64,000 nt of DNA from Phoronis australis (taxonomy: Eukaryota > Animalia > Phoronida). The stretch covers positions 403,921 through 467,920 of the forward strand of contig NMRA01000185.1 of the NCBI GenBank assembly GCA_002633005.1, written 5' to 3'. Of the stretch, positions 47,799 to 62,300 are shown piece after piece (positions within the stretch are counted from its first letter, which is position 1; the number at the start of each line of letters is the position of its first letter). Made by a program: the position numbers and the translations under genes. A model generated the notes under the pieces. It was not told the origin of the DNA and did no database searches. It saw nothing but the letters and a program-made list of their open reading frames with translations.

Positions 47799-48660
47799 AA
47801 CAAGAGCAACGCGGAGCGTTGAAATGCGCCACGAATGCATTGCAAATGGTGTGCTTTTAGGGCTCGAAAGCAGTAAAAATGGCCACTAGGTGGCAAAAAC
47901 TAGGTCGAATCCTCCTGAAAACGGAGAGATAGTGTCACCTCATTAACAGATGCCTATACGCCAAATTTTATGAAAATATGTTGAGGACCTTTGAACATAC
48001 AGAGGTAAACATAAAAACAATTAAACTGCCACTAGGTGGCACACCAGTAGTCAGATCCATCTGAAAGTCATCGTCCCCCGTTGTTTAACATCATATAAAT
48101 AGACTTACTAAATTTAATAAAGATCCTATGAACGGTTTAGGAGATACAGCCACAGGTGCTAAAAAACAAAACTGTCACTAGGAGGCGCCACAGTAGTCAA
48201 AGTCGGAAAATCAAACGGTCAGCCGTTTGCTTTATAATAAGAACATACATGCCAATTTTCACAATCATCCTTTGAGCAGTTTGGCTGGTAGAGGGGTGGA
48301 CGCAAACAGTAAAAATGGCCACAAGGTGGCCACATCAAATTCATCTGAGAACGGGAGGATAGCATCATCTCACTGATAGGTGCCAATATACCAAATTTTA
48401 TGAAAATCCGTTCAGGACTTTTGAAGATACAGAGGTAAACGTAAAAAACTAAAATTGCCACTAGGGGGCACATCGGTAGTCGGATCTGTCCGAAGGTTCG
48501 CTCATGCCATCCCATCCACAAAAAACACATGTGCAAAATTTCATGAACATACGTCAAGACATTTTGGAGATAGAGCAGCGGACGTCGGACGGACCGATGC
48601 CGGACGGACGGAATTGATGGCAAAATGCGTCCACATATAAATATGTGGGCGCATAAAAAT
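47799..48660. mobile_element. Helentron-associated (HINE/DINE-1/Pearl-like) non-autonomous element with about 146-bp internal tandem repeats
   Basis: Starts aacaagag with hairpin caacgcggagcgttg; subterminal IR atgcgcc(47824)/ggcgcat(48648); about 5 diverged units; (GGAC)n-type microsatellite 48579-48612; ends gcataaaaa. Confidence 0.75.
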
Positions 48661-51600
48661 TATAATTTCAATATATAGACTTAAAAACACCAAAATTGTG
48701 CTTTGCCTCAAAACACCAAAGTTTGCCTTCAGTTGTATAATTTCACACAATAGTTTTATTCTTTAATTGTAATACTTCTAGGTTTATAATTGAGTTTCAG
48801 TTATAAATTTAACTATCTAAATTATACACACACATTAATTTTTCAATAAATTGTCTTGATAGTCTTTGATGTACTGAATGAATGTTTTCTCTCACTCCCT
48901 CCCTCCTGCTCCATGGTCAAAATTAAACTAAATTTCAAATTATGTTTCAATTCTACAAAAGTTGAGAAATTCATTACAAAACTAAGTTCGAGTATTTCCT
49001 TGTTGCTCTATGTCCCCACTGACTGTTTTCCTGAAACTGACTACTGCTTTATAGGTGAGTTGGGAGGGGGGGGACTTAGGCAATCTGGGCCTCTACTTTT
49101 AAGCCACCAATTAAAATACAATACTTAATTATTTAATACTTATTTAGTTTTCAATTGTGCATTCTGAAGTCAATAATTGCTGTTAAAATCGATAATTATA
49201 TTTTAAATGGAATTGAAGGCATTTCTTACTCAATGATGAAAACTGTAGTACTGAAATATATGACATTGACTAATGTCACACTCCTTTAATACAGGACCCT
49301 GATGGCCAGTGATAAGGCATCATCCAGACAAGGCCCCTGGGAGGCTACAATAATAACACTAATAACCGCTATTGTATGAAATCACATAATCTCTACAAGT
49401 TATGCAATATCTTGTCTGGAAGTGTCTGCCCACAGCATTGACCAATCCGGTCACCAGAAAAACATCAGACAGATAAACAACAATTACCAAGTCATGACTA
49501 CTTATCACCTTCAGCCATCAGAGCTTGAGTAACTGCAATAAATGAATGTTTCACAGTTGTCCATGGAGACAGATTTGCATAACTGTCAGACAGAATACCA
49601 AGACATTGTATTGGCAAGAGCACCGGGTTAACTCCTCTTATGCAAGCCGGATCAGAGCAGACATCAAACACAGGAGGTGTTCTGAATAAAAATGACATGT
49701 TTATATCAAATTGTCAAAATATGCAAAACATCAGAATAATGCGTCAAGCTACATCAAAATCATGGATCTATAATCACGACATGTCTAAAAATGACAAAAA
49801 TGATAACAGCATAACGCTCAGGGCAGACATGGGATGCACCAAACTTTCCGTCATAGAGCAGTTGATGGGGACCAACGCACCAACTCCCCCATCAAAAGTG
49901 TGTGCTACTTTTCACCAAAAGTCCCAGGTGGGTATGGTTCTGGAGAAAATTCCCCATAATTCCTCTGAAATAATGTTTAAGAGGGTAATACCTTTTTTGA
50001 GAGCAACGTACCATCCTTAGTGACTGTCCCGTTTGTTGAAGGGTTGTACCGTGTCCTGTCACACCATCAAATTGTCTTGCTTTTTGACACACAATAAAAT
50101 TACCATTTATTAGTTTGTCTTTCCAGACAAAGTAGCACTATTTTCCAGTTCGAAAAAACACTATTGGGCATTTTCAGGAGTTGCAACGAACATTTTACCC
50201 TTAGGTTGTGGCAAAGCACCACATGTCCTGCTGTAAAACTGGGCATCCCGGTTTTTCGATGTTGGCAACTACCTAAGTTTCAATTGTCTACGATGAGTCA
50301 GCACTTACAATGTGTAACTAACGTAGATTATACTACAGACCAAATGAAGTTCCTCGATTGGCTTCATTCACTGCTGCAAACGTGATTTTTCCTAGACTGA
50401 AGCTGGCAAATTTGATTTGTGGAACTGCAATAATAAACAGAAATCTTTAAGATACGAAACAGCAACAACAAGTTGTTGTTGACAAGGAAAACTGCATCCA
50501 ACGTTAATAACTCATTAAGATAATTGTGGAAAATCAACGTTTTCTTATATTGTTGTTTCCTATAACAAAAAGACAGACAGTTCCATCAACAACACAATTC
50601 ATTGACCAAACACACCATATATTCTCCTTTATTCTTACCTGTTTAGATGAATAGAATGAGAAACGTTTGTAAATTACAGAATGTGTGTTTTTTACTATTC
50701 ACTTTTCTAAGCTCATGAAAAGTGTCAAGCATTCATGGCAGCCATTTTGTTGGTGCACCAACCAAAATTTCAAAAAAAAAATGAAATTTCTATATTAAGC
50801 GTCTCTGTTTTTTAAAAAACGTGTCACATTGAAAGAGCATTATTTGGGAATATGTTTTGACTAGACACTTTGTTGAAATCCCTTCATGACGTTTTATAGT
50901 ATAAGGATGGGGGGAGTTAATCTTTAAGTAAACAACATGTATAAATGTCTACACTTGTTATAGAGCACACACATTAGCAGCCACCAGTATGCAAGATTTC
51001 GTTTGTATTCTTTTGCATAAAAGACAATCCTAACATCTATACTGACAACAGTGGACATTTGTATTACGATAGAGTTCATGAAGTATAGAACATTCTACGG
51101 ACAAGAAGTATTTTTGGTGAATTATTTAGCAATATTGACAGAAATTTCTTGGAACATGTCTCACCTGCACTGACAACCATCAATGCATAATGAGTATCTG
51201 TCCGGCAGTTACTATTGTACTGGGCATTTTTCAGATGCCAGTGCAAAGACTAAACAAAGATCTCTTGCACTCTCTGTGACTCAAATAAACCTCCACATGG
51301 CAGTGATGACACCATGGCCAACAGTACGGATGGGACTGGCATTTTAGTGCTACTCCAAATAGCCTATGCTAATGCGTCACAGATGTGAACAAAGCTACCT
51401 AAATAGCCATTTCAAATCAAAATATTGAGAATTCCTTTCATTCCAGTCAAGTGCAAGGCTATCAGTTTCTCCAGCAACCGATAAACATAAAGCACTACCA
51501 GTCTGGACAAAAGCTGAAAAAAAACCCATGCCATCTACACCTGAGGCCTGTTCAATACTGTTCTAGTCTCTGGAAAAACTCTATAACAGCAAATTTTTTG

Positions 51601-51851
51601 TTGCATTGAGTCATGAAAAAATAGAAAATTTTGACAGCGAATAACCATGATTTATAATTCACGCACAGTTTTCCAATCAAACATATTTCGCAAGAGTAAC
51701 GGTATATATACTTACTTTTGTAAGCCAAAACTAGTGTGTTATCTTACTTCGGTCTGGTCAGATTACCTCCACATGTAACCAGATGCAGTATTACCAAATG
51801 GGGAACAAACATCTTGTAACATCAGGCATTGAAAGCAATGCCATAATTGTT

Positions 51852-52000
51852 CAGGGACAATCCAGAATTTTTTAAAGGAGGGGGGGGGGTTCATTTTAAA
51901 AAGGGGGTCTAAATCAACAATTTGAAAATTCTAGATTTGAAATCATTAAAATCAAAGGAAAAGGGGGTCCGGACACCCTTGAACCCCCCTGGACCCGCCA
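51852..52000. mobile_element. Short GC-rich MITE of the GGCGGATCCAG type (related fragment at about 13826-13940)
   Basis: cagggacaatccag...cccccctggacccgcc with G/C runs. Confidence 0.45.
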
Positions 52001-53238
52001 ATTATTGTAGCTGAAAAATTCTTTTCAATGCCATTTTTGTACATTGCCGAACTATTTTGGAGCAGACTCACAAAATGTAGTCGATCTACGTGTGCTGACT
52101 CATGGACAAGACAACCTCGCCACCTGGTGACTGAGAGTACATGTGTATGAAACCGAGCCACCTAGAGACACGATGACTGAAATCGCCTTGCTATCTGTCT
52201 AAATTCATGACACTGACAGCTATTGACCATGATCTTCTAGGGACAACACGATATGCAAACTTACGATTTTTGAAACTAACAGAGAATCTGGAAAATTTCC
52301 AAAATCAGCAGTGGCCTTTACATAAATGACAAATGTAAGTCAGAGACAAATTTCACAACAGGTTAACCCCTAGGTGGTTACCAAAGGTTCCGTGCAAGAG
52401 AATTTATAGAAACGATACTTAAGTGACATTTGCAGTCATGTTTAGCAATGCATGTATTCGTGAACTCCAGTATTTTGACTCACCGAAAGACAACAATAAA
52501 ACTAGGAAAACCAATTTAGTGCAAGCATGCACGTCAATTGCTATTTGGACGAAAACATTGGGATAAAAAATACGTTTCTTAGACAGACAAACAGGCAAAA
52601 TAAAAAGGCACAGCATGTGATATACTATACAAGTCAACTTTTATGCGACTGAATCTTAGTGCAAAACAACAGTATTTACGAAAAATGTGTTTTCAAGCCA
52701 GTCAAAGCAAGCATAAGTTATTATTTCTCAGTTCACAGTACGCTAATTATCAGACGAAGAGTGTCTTGACAGGAAACACATCCTCCCAACACAATCTTCC
52801 CAACACATTGTTTTCATAGCAGACCAGACAGTGTAAATAACATCACTACCATCATCTTCAGCCTTGACGTAGACCAAGGTTTGCCACAGCACAAATCTGT
52901 CAACTGCAGCTGCACATCTCAAAGCACAGATCTCACTAGCTCCCCCTACAGTACATATTGCAATCAAACAGAAATTAGCATGTACTATAATATAGCAACC
53001 AGTTTCGATGATGTAGACTTGTTTACAGGTGAACGCATAAGTGTAGTTAAAGAAATGTGAATTGTCAATTTTTAACAAGTCTGATTCCGGTTTAAAATGA
53101 GCACCTGGCAACATATTTAAATGAACATGAAAATCATGTTATCGATGTTCTGCTTCAAACCTTTACCAGTAGTTAAGCTTAAAATGCAATTTATGAGCAC
53201 AGCAAAAAAACCTTCAAACTACACTCATATGAAGCAAT

Positions 53239-53477
53239 CAGGGCTTGGAATGAGGAAAAATTTCCAGGGCTCGTATCTTTGCACCAATAAATAGGCTTGA
53301 GTGATAAAAATGTTCTTTTGTGTTGTAAAATTGAACCGAAATAAACCTTTATGCATGGATTAAGTCAAAATAATGATAAAAAAGAGACAGAAAAAAGAGG
53401 AAACTGGAAATCAAATAAGAGGAAATCGAAAGTAAAACAGAGGAAATACTCTTAAAAGAGAAAAATTTCAAGCCCAG
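53239..53477. mobile_element. MITE family A, copy 3 (inverted), 6-bp TSD AGCAAT
   Basis: agcaat|cagggcttggaa...ttcaagcccag|agcaat; internal sequence is the reverse complement of the 7312 copy. Confidence 0.9.
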
Positions 53478-54539
53478 AGCAATTCTTTTTCTATGTGGGT
53501 CACTGACAGAATCTGAAATGATGTGAATATCTCTCAGGAATAATTTTCACTCTGTCCACAGTAGTTGTATTCAATGGAAAGAGAAGCGATATAGTTTAGA
53601 TCCACATTGACACCCAAGTCCAATTTCAAATACTAAATTCTAAGCAGACATTTAATTTGAAAATCCTAAATAGCACAACACACATTAGATGTACAATTCT
53701 CATTTGCCTTTCTCACAGGGCAGCACATCCCGACAGACAAATCACAAGATCAAAATGCCATCCCGGGCATGTGGTTCCCACAAGGTTAGAGTCCGCTGGC
53801 ATCTGCCCAGAAAAATACTAGCAGACGTACTACAGGGTCACAGGTCAACTGATGCCGTCATAGAAGGCTATTTGACATAGTTCACAGTGGGAATGCAATT
53901 TGTGAAGGCACATTCATAAGATAGCTATCTCATCAGATAACCCCACTTGTCCTGCTTGGCTGTAAAAAGTCTGAAGTAATTGCAAACTATTCCAGCAATG
54001 CTAAAGCTGTAAATGAAATTTGACAGACGGTAATAGTACCCTGGGAAGACATAGTATAACAAATGCCTGGCACCTAGTACTTTGAGGAAAACATTAAAAA
54101 GCATCATAAAATTATGTACAATTTACCTACAGCAAACTCTACTTCAAAACAAACAATGGACGATGACGGACATAACTTAATTTAGCAATGTTTCAGTAAT
54201 AAAATTCTAAATGCAAAATATAAAACCAGTAAAAACAAAAAAATGATAAATTAGAAATTAAAAAATCTCTATGCACCATTTTGTAAAAACACATAGTTTA
54301 TGACAAAATTATAAATGTCGTGGGTAGAAATGGTCAACAGTCTGATCTTAGGTTGAATGAAACACTAGTAGTATGCTGCACAGTTAGCCACATAGACAAT
54401 TATTTGCTGCAAACTGTTAAATCAAATTCAAGAGTATACTGGTGGAAAATTCAATTGAATTTCCCAGAAAAGGCCCATCAATTTGTCTTTTACACAGTTT
54501 GACAGACGCCACTTAATAAACTCTTGTTATTGTCATTGT

Positions 54540-54815
54540 CATTGTCTCAGGGACAGACATCACTGCACATTGGACAGGTCCACAAGTGCTTAGTTCTTCT
54601 CTGCAGCAGCCAAGAAAGAGTCACACTGCTGATGGTTCCCATGCTGACCTGGTTAATCCGGTATCTACTTTCTCCACCTAAGGTGGTTCTGATGCCGCTT
54701 CCTCTGACAACATGAAGCTCAGTTAGTCTTTCCAGGGTGGTGCTTTCTGAGGGAGCCTCCATCTCCTGGTCTTTCAGTGCCACCAAAACATCCTTCTCGC
54801 TCCAAGTGACAAACT
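54540..54815 (-). mobile_element. Degraded 3' fragment of an RTE-clade LINE ORF
   Basis: KDVLVALKDQEME...RGSGIRTTLGGESRYRINQ...WTCPMCSDVC resembles the RTE C-terminus (post-RT WR..I motif plus terminal Cys motif); recalled similarity only. Confidence 0.5.
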
Positions 54816-56308
54816 CTTGTTAAAGACAGTTTAGTCAAGCTCTGATTGTAAATTAAAAAGACAGACAAAAGCGCATCTGACTGCAAGAGAAGGTTCACAG
54901 CTTTTCATACTTGTGGCAAACAATTGGGCAAAACTACTGGACAAATATGCAGAAGCAAGCCTATTACTTTTCATACAAGCAGACTCCCCCCTCCCCCTCC
55001 CCCAGCCAAGACAATAGATATCATAATGTCATCAATATTTCAAGCAAATCACACCCAGAAAGAATTGTTTATAATTCTGTCCATCTTTCACAAAGTTAAC
55101 AAAAAATTAAACAAGCACATGACAAACAAAGTGAAATGAGAAACGGATTAAATTCAAATTTCTTCATCAACTAAAATCAATATTCTCCCATTGGACACAT
55201 GTTAGGTTCTTCCGGATGTTTTTCATGAAAAGTATACACGTTTATGATGGCTAGAAATATCAGGCTAAAAATAAATCCATAGCATTTATTTGATCACCTT
55301 ACCACTGCTCAAAATTCACTAATTTAGTGCCTCACGCCTGCAGTCATAGTGAAAGGGAGCACCCCCCGTTCAATCTGTGGCGGACATGCTAACCTTGACA
55401 CACTTAAGATTAAAGCGACCTCCAAGGTGAAACAATTTAATCACAGACAATAAACAAGCAAAAATGAAAACATGTACAGGTGGCCTACATATTTTTAATT
55501 GCACAAACTTCACTTCCTCGTCAAATAATGTTTTCCATCAACATTTTGTTTACAAGCCAATGTCGCAGCATAACATCTGTTTTGAGGGCGTCACTATCCT
55601 TTATTGAATCGACTAAAATTTTAATTTGCAAAAATGCTTTTGCAATTTTGTTTGTAATCTTCAGAACACCAGCAGGCACGCTTCTTTCAAAGCATATGTT
55701 ATTCAAATAAAACTGTGGAGGGAACACTACCATTCATACAGCCAAGGAGTGAGTGCCTGAACAGGGTCATTTATTAACACAATAAAAGCTTGCCAAAATA
55801 CACTTTGGTCAAAATTTCCAGATCAAAGTTTCCGCTGAAATCTGTGCCAGTGATCGAAACACTTTGTTTTTATTCAAACAATACAAATGGAAACTATGAG
55901 AAGTTAATGCTTTTTGTAATGGAATCTCCAGTAGCTTTCGTTATACCAACTACGCAGCAAAAGGTTAATGCAAAAAAGATTTTTACTGGATCCCGTTACA
56001 CAAGACTGATGGAAAGATAGCAAGGGAATTAATCAAGGAATCAAAAATGTTTAATTTTACCCTTCTCTAATTCTTCGTTCTTAGAAAAAAACGTAAACAT
56101 TACTGCACTGGAACTTTTGCCGTCAGTTGCCATGGTAATCAAATTGTGTCCTGCCACAACAATAGCATTGCAATGTGATGTCCAGCCAGTAAAATAACCA
56201 GCTTTCCCCTTGGTTTCAGGGATCAGCATAAACAAAACCAGGCATTCCATGACTACTGCATACCACTATAAGTTCACAGGCCTGTTGGAACTGTATGCAT
56301 CATGGGAA

Positions 56309-56370
56309 CTAAATCCCAGTAGCCAATGAACAGCTACTCCTAAATCCCAGTAGCCAATGAACAGCTACTC
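56309..56370. repeat. 31-bp direct duplication
   Basis: (ctaaatcccagtagccaatgaacagctactc)x2. Confidence 0.9.
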
Positions 56371-59300
56371 ATAAAAGAACTATCTGTGGTATCTATCTAA
56401 ACAATGGCGAATAAATAAACAGGGCAGGAATTTCCCACACAGCCAAGTGAACCAGCCACTACTTGAATCTGTAACATGCACCTGATTTCTGTTATTATAG
56501 CCAGTGGGCCAAGCAAAACACAGTCCATTGTGTGTTGGGAACTGTAAACCTGATGCTGCTGTTGGTGATTTGAGGCAAGCATGCAACTTGAGTCACCAGG
56601 ACAATGAGCTGTGATATTTTCCAGGAAGAGTATATAAATGCCATTCAAACCAGATTTACCAGTAATAACACCATGATCATCAGGCATTGACTTCAGGTGG
56701 GGTACATTGTACTACTAACTCAAACCCCAGGCACTGAATACCAGAAGCCACTCTGAATGAACCAACTGAGTGTACTATATGATTTGTACTGAAAGAATGT
56801 ACTGTGGCCAGACAATAGCTAGAGGTGCAGTAACCACACATTCTATAGCTACTTAACCACAACTTCATGAATGAAAGACCATCTCTCAGTGCTGTACTAC
56901 CTAACCCTTTGGGCTACTTACAGCACAAAGCAAAAGGAAAATACAACTTTGAGACAACAAAACCACAAGCTTACAATGTACCCAATTACTGGCCATATTG
57001 GGAATTTGGTCACCAACACACACCAAAAGTATCAACTTACAAGAGGTTGGAATGAAGGACCCCTGGCCACAAAGGAGCATATTATAGACCACCAATATGG
57101 ACAGATCAGACAACCAATGATATTTTAATATTGTAGTACCACATAGTACAGAGCACACAGTTTAAAGTGCACTAAGCACTTAAACTGGGGGCGGGGAGGG
57201 GAGGGGGTGTTTAAAAACAAAAAAACAAAATTTTTGGGAAGTATGGGCATGGAGATCAAACTCACGCTGGCTAGTGTAGACATGAGGTGGCCTGGCCCTG
57301 TTCACAGCAAACTGCTCACAGGTTGCCATTCATTTCAGCCCCCCCCACATGCAGGCATTTGAACAAAAGGATTGGAAACTACAGAATCATATTTCCCGCT
57401 CAAATAAAGGCATGGTGTTTTGAATGTTTTGTATAAAATAGCTAAAATTTGTAAGAAATAGGCCTGCCTGTTCATAAACACATGCGTAATCTCATGTAAG
57501 TCTACATCATATATGGCAGGTGTACAAGTCAAAATGTTTTGAATGTGCAAATGTAAAATAAAGATATTACTAGAACATTTATCCAGTTGGCTACAGACAA
57601 GGAAACAGTGATTTTTTGTTTACCAATAAAAATAAGAACTTTAAAAATTGGATTCTGTACAATTAAAATATTTCATATCCGCATCTAAGTGCAAAAAGTT
57701 AATGCCAAATTTCATTCAATCATTCAATTCCTTTTAAGCCGGGAAGAGACATTAGAGAGAGAGAATTTTACATTCAACAAAACATTTTATTAAAAATGGT
57801 AACTTGGATTGATTAACCAGGTATTTTTAGTAGAGAAACGGGATAAATATGACCATTTTCAGACAACACTCAGTACCCCGTATACGGGTAAGTGTGTGTG
57901 CGAGGGTGTGTCATGAGAGTGTGAATATGTTTTTTCTTGTGCTTCTGTTATTTGTATTCATGTGATTTGTGTATAAAAAATACAGTGGGTTGACAATAAG
58001 CCGGGCAAGGGCATAAACCCGGATAAGTACGGTAACACATGAGATCATAGACCATGATTGTAACCACGAAGACAAAGAGGTGATGTCTAAAAAATAAGAA
58101 CAATGAACAGCTGCCAAAGAGCCTGAAAACACCAAGAGAGCTTAGAGTGCATTTTAGAAACAAAGAAATGAGCGACTATTCAGTGCATATCAATTAACCC
58201 TGTTTTTTTACTGGTTTGTCCTCATCTTACACCACTGGTAGACATTATTAGACAATCAACCCACCACAACATTGCACCTAAAACTCTCGCAAGCTTTTTC
58301 CTTTCTTGGTTTCTAATTTTTAAGTAATCAGAAATTCGGTCAATAAAAAGTGTTGGAAACTAACCAGGAAATGCATTTATGACCCTAAAATGACATGGAC
58401 GGCTAGGACAATCACTGCATTTAGAAGCTCCAAAATGCCACCCAAAAGATAAAAAGTATACTGTTGAGAACTAGTCAAAACAAAAAAATCTTGACACTAC
58501 ACCTGAGACATCAGATGAGATATGTACACTAAGCTGAGAAGTACAAGCTGTGTTCCGTGTATTGCCCTTTACAACCCCAATACTGCCAGCATCTTTACAG
58601 GTGACAACAGTACCGTACTTAGAATCAGTTTGCTTAATGCTGGCATGTACTTTGCCAAGAGATGCACACATAAGTGCATGTATAGGGTCATCACGGACAA
58701 AAGGAATGCCACTCTGTAGCAAACACTGTCCTGAGAAGTAGAAGTTGGGTTAATTTGCAGTTTATCCCCCTTCCTGGCCCTCGGGGGCTCACTCGTATTG
58801 ACAAGGTGCCCTCAGGTGTGTCACCCAAAATTGTGGGTAAGCAGTATTTTTTCAGCAAGTTTTGTGGGATACACACAGGATCCAACAGACCCCTAAAATC
58901 CCATTTCGTGGGGATGAGGCAGAGAAATCTACAGGGTAAAAGGGGTTGAGAATTGACATACCTGGCATCCGCAATAGGGGGTCTATCAACAATTTTTGGT
59001 ACATGCTTGCAGGCACCTTGTCAGTATGAGTGAACCTCTGCTTTACACCCCCAGTAGTGCCTGGAGCATCTAACAGGTGACAGCAATCAGCCTATAGTCA
59101 ATTTGTGTAACACTGATATGTACTTTAACATGAAATAGTCCATTTGCGTAACACTGGTAGGTACCATCACAGATGCATACATAATGGAGGCATATATGGG
59201 CTCACCAAGTGTAATGCTAATTTGTCCCACACACTGTACTGAGAATCATGCCTCTGAGAAATCATAATCCAAAACACCAAATTACTTTTGCAAACAGAAA

Positions 59301-62300
59301 AGTAGGGGTGGCATGCAGACCCAGCAGGGTGGTTATTGATGCAAGTATTTTGACAAGGGGGGAGGGGGTTAACTAGAAAATTAAGATACCATCCCACTCT
59401 TTAAAAAAGACCCATTTGCAAGGAGCTTCCATGAAACTTTCAAATGGTTGTGTTCAATAAATACAAGCCAGTGTAGGAGTTACTCTATAAAGCTTTACTC
59501 ACAGCAGTCTTAGGCAGTTGACTTTTTAAACCACTGGCTCTGAAACCGTACAAGAAGACACGCTGTGTTGTCAAAAATGAATACAGCTTCTATCAGTTTT
59601 AAAATGTATGTAAAATTATCAGTAAATCCTGATGTAGATTTTTGTAATGGAGAAGTGAAACCGTTAAGTTGAGTTTTAACTCCCTTTTGTAGAGAATTTT
59701 GTTGGAAAAGAGACTCTTTGGTAGGGAAATTGGTCGTGAAAAAGCAACCTATCGGAGTGGCGCATTTTGCATCCGTCTGCAGGTATCTCACATGCTGCAG
59801 TGAGATTCATGGAGACCCTGTACAATTTCCCATCAACATTGAGCTAAAACAACTTCCATGAAAGTTCAAGTATTCTTACTACACTGCAAAATAAAAAATA
59901 TAAAAAAGAAACAATACTAAAAACAGTAGAGGTTATTTCTAGAACAGTAAAGAAGATCCTTTCAGATGTACAGAGATGAAGGTACCCCATCACTCCCTAA
60001 CACTCTGTGGCTCAAGCCCATGCATTTACTCTGTTCGAACTAGTGAGTTTAAAAGCCCTACGCATTGCAGATCATAGACAACAGATTCGCAACTCCAATA
60101 TTTTCCTATGGAATTCCCAGCTCCTTCTTATGCTAATCTAAGCTTCCAATTAGTGTATTCGAACTGGATATTTTCTGGCTGGTATCCTATCTTCACTGTT
60201 TTGCAATACAAAAAAGCATTTTCATTGGCACTGAAGAGCAGTTAAAGATCTTTCAATCGTAGAAATTTTGGTGTCATAATTTTGGAAATAGTTGTGGAAG
60301 TCCACTGCAAGTACAAAATTCAAGCTCTAACAACAAAAACCATAGTGAGAGGACCCGACGGGAAGCACCTCAGCAGGGGATGTGAGTGAAAAAGGGTGCT
60401 GCACCTTATGCGCAAGATCAGAGACCTCATGCATTGAGAATATATTGAGCTGGTGGTCCATGTACTTATAGGTCTTTAATTGCATCAACTACATGCCAGT
60501 GCACACAAACGAGAGAAAATATCGGTAATCAGAAAATACTTCCTGGAGAGTTTCCAGACTGCAAAGGTTATTTACAAACGCCACAGAATCATTTCACTGA
60601 GATGAACTTTATTGACGTGTTTCCAAGAATGATGCAACCTATATTTTTGGTGATCATCCAAGTTGAGGTGAGGACTACTTTCATCACATGATCTGGCTAC
60701 AAGGTAATGTGAATTCAAACAAAACAAATTATGCTGGCTTGCATAGGTTTCAAATCACAATAGTTCCATGCACCTCAAAGAGCTAAATTGTTAAAAGAAT
60801 TGTGGTCAGAAAAGAACTCCACATGTGACCATTACATCACATATATTATAAAACAACCGGAGAATAGGTGCCAGTGTGCCCATGCGGAAGACCAGACAGG
60901 CAACAATCGCGAACTGTGCACCACTGAGTAAGTCACTAAGGTTGTTTATTTTCTACAAACCAACTGAGTCACACTACAAAAGAGAATCTGGTTAAATGCC
61001 AACACAGTGATTTTCCCGCGCTTGGCACTCTCACATTTTTACAAGCACCGAGTAAATGCTACATGCCATTATATGGTACTAATAAGCCAGGGGTATTCAC
61101 ATAAAAGGTTACATTGTACAATGAAATAACACACCTAGTTTTTTGAAATAACATTGGTCAGATCTAAAAATAGGTACATTGCCTCCTTGTTTATAAACAA
61201 AGTCATGTGACTAACAAGCCAACTGAGGACATTACACAGCAAAAGAAGGGCGGAAACCCGTCTTACTAGTAACACCCAGATTCTAATATGGAACGGGATC
61301 AACCAGTTATGACAGAAAAAATCTTGTTTACAAAATCAAGGAGAAAACATTGTAAGCACTTGTTTTTTTTAATTGTCAGTGAACTGATGCCGCAAATATT
61401 TAAAATACAATCTGAGCTTTCTAATTATTCTGTACAAATATGTTGGCCAAGACCACAGAGGATGTCCTACTTGACACTGTAAAGAAAACATACTAAAATG
61501 CAAAAGATGTGTGGCGCTGTCCTAAATGATATGACATTTAGACATTTACCCAGTAAATAAATGGCAGCTAACGAAGGGAATGCTTTTGCAATTACTTAGG
61601 TGCTAAATGGTTTTGCAAGGAAATAAGTGTTCTTAAATAAGAATTGCTGAAAATTATGTCCTTTTCGTACAAGCAAGCTCAGGCGCCACCAGATGTGTTA
61701 GGTGTAAAAACAAATGCCCAACAGGTACATGTTTTTGTACAAGTTTGAGCCTGCAATCTATTTTTAATGGGGTACAAGGTAAAATAAATTAAACCGCACA
61801 CCGCACACCAGGGCCCCTGTCTTTATTTTTAGAGACTACTATTATTAAAAGGTATTTTTAACTAAGGTCTGACTAGTTTATGGCACTGGTGCTGTCAGTT
61901 AAACATACGCACTCAAAAGGTAAAGAGGCACACCAGTAGTTGCGCCTTCTCATAAAAATTTGTGTTGACTCTCATAATCTTAATAAAATATCATCAAAAT
62001 CCAGTCAAAAGTCTACATCCATGTCAACAACAAGCATTTGAACGCAACAGCTTTAACCTACCTCCCCAAAACAAACAGGTTTCGATTATTGTGATGCATT
62101 GCCAATTCACTTACTGCTGGTTTCAAAGGAAAAACAACCAATAAAGCAACAAACCCAATTTTGTATTGCAATTGCTTGACAACTTTTGCTGAGCCTGTAA
62201 AAACATTTTGTCAATGATCACACAGTCCTGGTAGACTGACAAAGTGAGCTTCGTAATTTGAAAATCCTTGAACTGACACGATGCCTAACCGGATAAACTC

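Noticed and set aside
58925-58940. Match to the 5' end of miR-10 on the minus strand (TACCCTGTAGA)
   Set aside because: Only about 11-12 nt match, the rest diverges and no hairpin is evident.
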